Of a stretch of 64,000 nt of DNA, positions 57,661 to 64,000 are shown in pieces. The notes beneath the pieces were generated by a model. That model was not told the DNA's origin. It did not search any database and saw only the letters and a list, made by a program, of their open reading frames with translations. The DNA comes from Gemmatimonadota bacterium. Its GTDB lineage: Bacteria; Gemmatimonadota; Gemmatimonadetes; Palauibacterales; Palauibacteraceae. The DNA lies in the NCBI GenBank assembly GCA_029262175.1, contig JAJCZV010000072.1, positions 75,459 to 139,458 of the forward strand. The letters are read 5' to 3'. The position numbers were made by a program, and so were the translations under genes. Each line of letters begins with the position of its first letter. The first letter of the stretch is position 1.

Positions 57661-59313
57661 CTACATCCTCTTGTAGGTGGGGCCGCTTCCGCCTTCCCTC
57701 GGCGTCCAGCGAGGTCCGATCACATCCGTCGCTTTGCAGTCGATGCAGTTCGGCGCATTGATGATCAGCCGATCCCCCTCCCGCTCATATACGCCGGCCG
57801 GACACAAACTGGCGTAGAGGTCGGCGAGTTCCGGTGAGACGTCCTTCCCGACGATGAGATGCGAGGGGATGTCGTCTCGCGTCGAGTTTCCCGAGTAGAA
57901 TACCGCGTCGGCTTTGGCCATGGCGTGCGGGGTGTCGTAGCCGGGGTCGACCCCGAGGCGCTTTGTGCGCGGCTCGTCCGCATCCGTTTCGCTGGCGATA
58001 CGGCGACCCGGGAAACCGCCACCCGTAAGCTGCATCATGCTGGCCTTCATCCCACCGGAAACGAATCCAGACTTGAACGCGAGCCGCATGTTGCGGTTGC
58101 GATGGATCGCATCTCCCTCGAAGCTGGCTCGGAGAGACGTTTCGTAGGTCGCAAGCGCTGCGGCCGAGGGATCGTCCTTCTCCAGCGCCCTACCGATCGC
58201 CTCGGCTGAGAATACCCCGGATCGCATCGCGTAGTGGATCCCCTTGAGCGCGGCGACATCGACCAGGCCGGCGGCATCGCCCACGAGAATCACGCCGTCG
58301 CCCGTCAGTCGTTTCGGGATCGCGTGGAAACCGCCTTCGGGGATCGTCTTCGCCCCCCACTCCACGATCTCTCCTCCATCCAAAAGGGAGGAGACGAAGG
58401 GGTGACGCTTGAACGCTTGTAGCCACGCATGCACGTCCAGATCCGCGAACGGGGCGTCGAGCCCGACGACCAAACCGAGTGCGATCAGGTCATCGGCCAT
58501 CGGATAGATAAAGCTCCCCCCGAACGCCGCGCCCGGCAGGGGCCAGCCAAGCGTGTGCGTCACGGCGTCCAGCTTTCCGCACCCTTGCCAGAGTTCCTTT
58601 ACACCGAGCGCAAAAATGGGGGGGTTGTCGGATTCGATTCCGACATCCGCGAGCCACGCCTGGGCCAACAGCCCCCGAGTCCCTTCGGCGAGGACAGTGA
58701 CGCGAGCACTGAGGTCGGTCGGCGGCATGAAACCAGCGGCGGGGTTGCCGTCGCGATCCAACCCGGCTGGGGTCGTACGGACGCCTACGATCTTTCCGTC
58801 TTGACGAAGCAGCGCGTCCGCGGGGAACCCTGTGAAGATGTTGACGCCGAGCTCCTCGGCACGCTCGCCGAGCCACTTCACGATCTCGCAAATCGACCCC
58901 ACGTAGTTGCCGTGGTTCTGCATCGTCGGGGGCGTTGGAAGACGGATCTTCCCGCGTTCAGTCAGATAGTAGACCCGGTCGCGCCGTACGGGGTCGCGAA
59001 AAGGCAGGTCCGCGGTTGGCGTGTCCGGAAACAGCGTTTTAAAGACCTCCGGGTTCACGATCGCACCGGACAGACAGTGCTCGCCCAGCTCGCCCGACTT
59101 CTCCAGCACGCCGATCTCGAGGTCCGCGAGCGGACCTCCGCTTTCTCGATCCTGCTCAGCCAGTTGAGCGAGTCTTATCGCGCCGGCCAGGCCCGCCGGC
59201 CCGCCCCCTACGAACAGAACGTCGAGCGGAACGGCGTCCTCATTCGGGGGCTCGTCGAGAATCAAGTCGTTCGGAAGCGCGGGCTGAAAAGCTGCGGGGT
59301 GCAGGGGCTGCAA
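57661..59313 (-). CDS. Electron-transfer flavoprotein:quinone oxidoreductase (FixC/FixX-type)
   Basis: VGGGPAG, LSGA, LAEG, LGVKELW, HTLGWPL, GAKTIPEGG, KGIHYAM, CPAGVY, EGGSGP. Confidence 0.92.
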   Translation of the reverse strand: MQPLHPAAFQPALPNDLILDEPPNEDAVPLDVLFVGGGPAGLAGAIRLAQLAEQDRESGGPLADLEIGVLEKSGELGEHCLSGAIVNPEVFKTLFPDTPTADLPFRDPVRRDRVYYLTERGKIRLPTPPTMQNHGNYVGSICEIVKWLGERAEELGVNIFTGFPADALLRQDGKIVGVRTTPAGLDRDGNPAAGFMPPTDLSARVTVLAEGTRGLLAQAWLADVGIESDNPPIFALGVKELWQGCGKLDAVTHTLGWPLPGAAFGGSFIYPMADDLIALGLVVGLDAPFADLDVHAWLQAFKRHPFVSSLLDGGEIVEWGAKTIPEGGFHAIPKRLTGDGVILVGDAAGLVDVAALKGIHYAMRSGVFSAEAIGRALEKDDPSAAALATYETSLRASFEGDAIHRNRNMRLAFKSGFVSGGMKASMMQLTGGGFPGRRIASETDADEPRTKRLGVDPGYDTPHAMAKADAVFYSGNSTRDDIPSHLIVGKDVSPELADLYASLCPAGVYEREGDRLIINAPNCIDCKATDVIGPRWTPREGGSGPTYKRM

Positions 59314-59350
59314 GGACGTCCCTCCCTATTGGCGCGGTTCGGAGTCGTGA

Positions 59351-60817
59351 CTAGGCGCGGCGCAGTATGGGCTTCGCCCCGTGACGTCGCCACAGATCCG
59401 GGTGAAACAAGACCAGGATCGTAAACAGTTCGAGGCGGCCAGCCAGCATCAAGAAGATCAAGATCGCGTGAGATCCGGGGTTCATCCAGCCGTAGTTGTC
59501 CATCGGCCCAACGCCACCGAGCCCGGGTCCGATGTTACCGATCGCCGAGGCGCTGGCCCCGATGGCGGTGATGAGATCATGTCCCAGAAGCGTCAGTGCG
59601 AAGGCACCAGCGGCAAACAACGCGAGGAAAAAGAGCGCGAACGCCAAGACGCGCAAGAACGTGCGATCCGTGACCATGGTGCTTCCGAGTCGGGCCACGA
59701 TGACCGCTCGTGGGTGAACGCTTCGCTTGAGCTCCATGAGTCCGTGCCGGAGCAGCATCAGAACCCGCATCGCTTTCATCCCACCCGCGGTCGAGCCGGC
59801 CATACCACCCATGAACATGAGAAAGACCAACAGCAGCTGACCCGAGGGCGCCCAGGTTTCGTAGTCCGCCGTTGCGAAGCCGGTCGTAGTCGCGATGGAA
59901 ACGACTTGGAACAGGCTTTCGCGGAACGAACGCTCTAGCCCGAGACCCCCGACCATTGTGATGACCACCATCACCGCTGTCGCTGCCAACAACGTGCCGC
60001 TGAAGAAACGCCAGGCGGGGTCGGATGAGTAGAGAAATCGGCCGCGCAAAAGACGATAGTGCAGCGTGAAATTGATCCCGGCCAAGTACATGAAGAAGAC
60101 CGTGACATACTGCACGTAGGGCGATTCAAAGGCTGCGAGCGACGCGTTTCGCGTCGAAAACCCACCCGTCGAGAGCGTGGTCATCGCGTGGTTGATGGCG
60201 TCGAACACGGAGAGGCCACCGAACAGATACAGCACCGCTTGCAAGCCGGTCAGCCCCGCATAGACATACCACAGGGTCGAGGCCGTCTGTCGGATCCTCG
60301 GGGTGAGTCGCTCTTTTGTCGGGCCTGGGACCTCTGCCCGATAGAGCTGCATACCCCCCACGCCCAGGAAGGGTAGGATCGCGATCCCCAAGAGCACGAT
60401 CCCCATGCCACCGAGCCACTGAGTCATCGAACGCCAGAACAGAATGCCGTGTGAAAGCGTCTCGACCTCGGCGAAAACCGTTGCGCCGGTCGTGGTAAAG
60501 CCGGACACGGACTCGAAGAAGGCCGCCATAGGCGACTGGATGACACCGGCGAAGAGGTAGGGCACGGCTCCAATCACCCCAACCGTAATCCAGGACAAAG
60601 CCACGACCGCGTAGCCCTCACGCACGGTCAGATCGCGGGTCAGCCTGGTTCGACGGAAGGCCGTGTAGCCAACGGCAAGTGCGATCGCGGCGGCCGCGAG
60701 AAAGGCGACCGTCTCGCGCTCCCCAAAGGCAAGAGCGACCAAACCCGCCACGGCGAGCGCGGTGCTCACCGCCATCAACGTGATCCCGATCACGTGGACC
60801 AGGTGTCGGTAGTTCAC
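59351..60817 (-). CDS. trkH: Trk potassium uptake membrane protein
   Basis: Filter motifs TTTG, STGG, TTTG and GNIG; GSTAGGMK; GRLE. Confidence 0.95.
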   Translation of the reverse strand: MNYRHLVHVIGITLMAVSTALAVAGLVALAFGERETVAFLAAAAIALAVGYTAFRRTRLTRDLTVREGYAVVALSWITVGVIGAVPYLFAGVIQSPMAAFFESVSGFTTTGATVFAEVETLSHGILFWRSMTQWLGGMGIVLLGIAILPFLGVGGMQLYRAEVPGPTKERLTPRIRQTASTLWYVYAGLTGLQAVLYLFGGLSVFDAINHAMTTLSTGGFSTRNASLAAFESPYVQYVTVFFMYLAGINFTLHYRLLRGRFLYSSDPAWRFFSGTLLAATAVMVVITMVGGLGLERSFRESLFQVVSIATTTGFATADYETWAPSGQLLLVFLMFMGGMAGSTAGGMKAMRVLMLLRHGLMELKRSVHPRAVIVARLGSTMVTDRTFLRVLAFALFFLALFAAGAFALTLLGHDLITAIGASASAIGNIGPGLGGVGPMDNYGWMNPGSHAILIFLMLAGRLELFTILVLFHPDLWRRHGAKPILRRA

Positions 60818-62157
60818 GCGAACAGTTTCTCGAGCTTTGGCATGACGTCGAGCTCTGCGAACAGTACGATGCGGTCGCCGCTCTGCACCGAGTCATCTCC
60901 CCGCGGCATGATGACCTTGCCGTCGCGGACGATGGCCGCGACCACGCCGCGTCCCGGGAGCTTTAGATCACGAAGCGGTCGTCCCAACGCGGTCGCTCGC
61001 GGACCGATCGTGATCTCGACCGCCTCCGCATCCACCGCGGTGAGCGCCGCAACGGACGAGACGTTGGCCTTGTGCACATATCGCAGGATCGTGTTCGCCG
61101 CCGACAACCGGGGCGAGACGGTCGCGTCGATTCCAAGTCGACTGGCCACCGGCACGTACTGCCGACGGTGAAGCAGGCTCACGATCTTTCTCGCGCCCGT
61201 TCGAGCCGCCAGCAGCGACGCTAGCATATTCGTCTCGTCCCGGTTCGTGTAGGCAACGAACCCGTCCGTCCCTCCTACCCCTTCCATCTCGAGCAACTCG
61301 GCATCGGTCGTGTCGCCATGCAAGATCAACGCGTGCGGCAGGGCGGCCGAGAGTTCGACGCATCGTTCTCGATCGCGATCGATAATCGTACAGGCCACAC
61401 CCTCGTCATCGAGGAATTCAGCCAGATGGACCGCTTCAGCGCTTCCGCCCCCAATCATGACGCGGCGCAATTCGTAGGGGCCATACCCTGCCAGTTTGGG
61501 GAGGTGTTGCATCTCGCTCGCCGGGGCGACCAGGAAAATCTGATCACCGGCTTCGATCCGACTATCGGCGCGCGGGATATGCGTATCCCCATCGCGGTTT
61601 ATCGCGACCGTCATGTAACGGCGTCCCCGCAATCGGTCGGCAAGCTCGCCGATCGTCCGGCCCGCGACGGGCGCGCCTTCCTGCACTCGGAGCCCGACCA
61701 AGAACACCTTACCGTCGACAAACCGGATCAGCTCCGTTGCGTACTCGCTCATGAGAAGCTGAAGCGTATCCCAGGCGCATTCGCGCTCCGGGTTGATCAT
61801 GAGGTCGATGCCGAGCTGGTCGCGCGAAAGCACCGTCTTCTCGATAAAGAACTCGGGGTTGGAGATGCGGGCGACCTTACGACCGACGCCAAGACGATCC
61901 GCAGCCAAGCACCCGATGATGTTGACCTCGTCGAGGTTCGTCACGGCAAGGAAGAGATCTGCTCGGCTGACACCGGCCTCCTCCAAGACGGGGACCGCAG
62001 CCCCGTTCCCTTCGATGGCGAGCACATCGAGACGATCACGGATGTATTCCGCCTTCTCGCCATCGCTGTCGATGACGATGACGTCCTGACCTTGCTGCGA
62101 AAGTTTTTCAGCTAGATGGAAGCCGACCATTCCGGCGCCGACGATGACAATCCGCAT
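60814..62157 (-). CDS. trkA: Trk potassium uptake regulatory subunit
   Basis: Two RCK (N+C) modules, GAGMVG; coupled to trkH. Confidence 0.95.
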   Translation of the reverse strand: MRIVIVGAGMVGFHLAEKLSQQGQDVIVIDSDGEKAEYIRDRLDVLAIEGNGAAVPVLEEAGVSRADLFLAVTNLDEVNIIGCLAADRLGVGRKVARISNPEFFIEKTVLSRDQLGIDLMINPERECAWDTLQLLMSEYATELIRFVDGKVFLVGLRVQEGAPVAGRTIGELADRLRGRRYMTVAINRDGDTHIPRADSRIEAGDQIFLVAPASEMQHLPKLAGYGPYELRRVMIGGGSAEAVHLAEFLDDEGVACTIIDRDRERCVELSAALPHALILHGDTTDAELLEMEGVGGTDGFVAYTNRDETNMLASLLAARTGARKIVSLLHRRQYVPVASRLGIDATVSPRLSAANTILRYVHKANVSSVAALTAVDAEAVEITIGPRATALGRPLRDLKLPGRGVVAAIVRDGKVIMPRGDDSVQSGDRIVLFAELDVMPKLEKLFA

Positions 62158-62201
62158 TTATGTGTACCGTTTCGAAAGAATCCGGCAGCGAGGGTCTCGG
62201 G

Positions 62202-63341
62202 CTACCGTGGCTCCAGGACTCCGGCAGCCCTCAGCAAGTCGAGCGTCGCCTCCAGCGGGAGCGCGTCGGTGTGCCTGCCACCGTGTCCGGTGACCGACGT
62301 CGCTTTGAACAGTGAGTTTATCACCGCCTCTTCGCTTGCTTCCACTACGGCCTCGAAACCACGCGACATGGCCGCGCCATCTCGGATCGGCGCTTCTAGG
62401 CTCGTGGAGAACGCGATCGCGTAGTCGCCGGACCCGTGAGACATGTACGAGCCCGTACGCCCGATGCCGAGAAACGAACGGAGCGCAAGCCGCTCGAGCT
62501 CTCGATGCGCGAGGGGCAGATCGGTCGCGATCACGATCATCACCGATCCGTCTCGGTCACCACTCGGGCGAGCGCTCGCTCCTTCGATTCCGCGTTCGGC
62601 CAGTGCTTGGCCCACGGGCACGCCGGCGACTCGCAGCAGCCCGCCGAAGTTGGTCTGGACGAGCACACCAACGGTGTAGACCCGGTTGTCGACCCGTACT
62701 TGCCGGGACGACGTCCCTATGCCGCCCTTCCAACCCAGTGCACGCGTGCCCGTCCCTGCTCCGACACTACCCTCGAGGACGGGGCCCCCGGCGGCTGTCC
62801 GGAGAGCCTCTCGGACGTGCTCGGGTTCGATGGGGCGCACGCGAATGTCGCTGAGAAACCCGTCGTTCGTTTCACCCACGACCGGGTTCATCGAGCGCAC
62901 TTCTCGGTTCGCTGGAAGCGAAAGCAGGGTATCCAACAGCGCGTCCGCGGCGCGAAACACGCTCAGTGTGCCCGTAAGCAGAATCGGCGTCTCCAGTTCC
63001 CCGAGCTCGTTTACCTGACTCAGGCCGACCAGTTTGCCGAATCCATTGCCGACCGAAATCGCGGCGCGGACACGCCGCTCGAACACATTCCCATCATGGG
63101 GAAGGATGGCCGTGACGCCCGTGCGGATGGAATCGCCGACCCACACCGTTCGGTGACCCACACGCACGCCCTCGACATCGGTAATGGCATTGTTGGGGCC
63201 TACGGGGAGGCGTCCGATCACGACGCCGGCCTCTCTCGCTCGCGGACGCGCCGAACCCTGAGGTTGTTGAGCTGCAAGTGCCAGGGTTGATGTCAGGGTC
63301 GCGGTGAGAAGGGCGAGCAAGACCCCGCGAGCTTGGTTCAA
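62202..63341 (-). CDS. DmpA/BapA-type (P1/S58) aminopeptidase with signal peptide
   Basis: NAITDV.GV.VGH, NGFGK, ETNDGFL, GAGTG, KGGIGTSSR, DG/SVMIVIATD cleavage site, SGDY. Confidence 0.9.
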   Translation of the reverse strand: MNQARGVLLALLTATLTSTLALAAQQPQGSARPRAREAGVVIGRLPVGPNNAITDVEGVRVGHRTVWVGDSIRTGVTAILPHDGNVFERRVRAAISVGNGFGKLVGLSQVNELGELETPILLTGTLSVFRAADALLDTLLSLPANREVRSMNPVVGETNDGFLSDIRVRPIEPEHVREALRTAAGGPVLEGSVGAGTGTRALGWKGGIGTSSRQVRVDNRVYTVGVLVQTNFGGLLRVAGVPVGQALAERGIEGASARPSGDRDGSVMIVIATDLPLAHRELERLALRSFLGIGRTGSYMSHGSGDYAIAFSTSLEAPIRDGAAMSRGFEAVVEASEEAVINSLFKATSVTGHGGRHTDALPLEATLDLLRAAGVLEPR

Positions 63342-63342
63342 T

Positions 63343-64000
63343 CTAGTTCGGCTGTGCGCGTGAAAACACGGATCGGCCGTTGCCTTCTGCAGACGCCGCC
63401 ATCCGCGGCTCCGAACCCGCATGGTGTCCGTTCGTGCGAAGAACCCGGTGCGACGGCGCATCAGCCGAACTCGTCTGCGCCAGCGCAGGCAGCTCGACGC
63501 GAAACACCGACCCCGAACCGCGACGACTCTCGACGCTGATCCGACCACCATGCGCTTCGACGATCTCGCGGGCGATCGCCAGGCCCAGACCCGAACCGAC
63601 CTTCCCGGCGTGTTGCCCGGCCTGATAATACTTCTCGAACACGTATGGAAGCTGCGCTGGAGGAATGCCTTCTCCCGTGTCTCGTATCTGAAAAATCAAC
63701 CAGCCCGGTTCGCCCCAGGCACGGAAGTAGATCGAGCCCCCCGTCGGGGTGAATTTGAACGCGTTGCCGATCAAGTTCCCGAGCAGCTCATCTCGAACCC
63801 GACGTCGATCCAACATGGCCACGTCCGGCACGGATTGATCCGGCTGGACTCGAAAAACGATGCGATTCTGCGCGGCGACTCCCGCAAAGTTTCGTTGAAC
63901 CTCTTGAAACAGTTCGCTCAACGCGACAGGAGCCAGCTTGACCTCGAGCCCTTGAGCCTCCAACCGGCTCATGGCGAGGAGTTGATCCACCCGTTCGCGA
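63343..64000 (-). CDS. Sensor histidine kinase, C-terminal HATPase part (5' end outside window)
   Basis: N-box NLIGNAFKF, G1 DTGEGI, F-box FEKYYQ, G2 GSGLGLAI. Confidence 0.92.
   Translation of the reverse strand, partial: RERVDQLLAMSRLEAQGLEVKLAPVALSELFQEVQRNFAGVAAQNRIVFRVQPDQSVPDVAMLDRRRVRDELLGNLIGNAFKFTPTGGSIYFRAWGEPGWLIFQIRDTGEGIPPAQLPYVFEKYYQAGQHAGKVGSGLGLAIAREIVEAHGGRISVESRRGSGSVFRVELPALAQTSSADAPSHRVLRTNGHHAGSEPRMAASAEGNGRSVFSRAQPN

Noticed and set aside
4396-63290. Many long antisense or overlapping ORFs (e.g. 4396-5460, 8086-9123, 12851-14092, 29510-30790, 52009-53604, 58429-59424)
   Set aside because: Shadow frames opposite well-supported genes, expected at high GC; no recognisable motifs

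Overview
This is a GC-rich, almost entirely minus-strand stretch of core bacterial chromosome. Gene content and order suggest Gemmatimonadota (inference). It carries fabG-fabD-plsX-rpmF-yceD-ndk-CBS-sucDC-arcC-PMM, a complete complex I operon (nuoA,B,CD,E-N), dcd, a small accessory islet (sulfotransferase, DUF423, REC-HD-GYP, His-rich beta-propeller, AsnB-like amidotransferase), moaA/E/D, an aminotransferase, HU, sppA, carA, a disrupted rnhA, secG-tpiA-pgk-gap, comF-aroE-LMW phosphatase-tsaC-ispD-dnaB-udg-coaBC-rpoZ-gmk-yicC, an outer-membrane barrel, pepA, citrate synthase, plsC, a flavoprotein, ETF-QO, trkH/trkA, a DmpA-type peptidase and a partial histidine kinase. I saw no CRISPR array, rRNA, complete tRNA or mobile element, and no clear-cut new multi-gene system. 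The best leads are: (1) a near-perfect Rex operator just downstream of a sigma70 promoter for nuoA; (2) a multi-hairpin leader in front of a degenerate REC-HD-GYP gene, within a possible sulfation/amidation islet; (3) a broken RNase HI, either a pseudogene or an assembly error; (4) an 18-bp repeat that continues arcC in frame past its TGA; (5) an ETF-QO lacking one Fe-S cysteine; (6) several small unannotated proteins. All functional calls come from motif recognition by eye; no searches were run.
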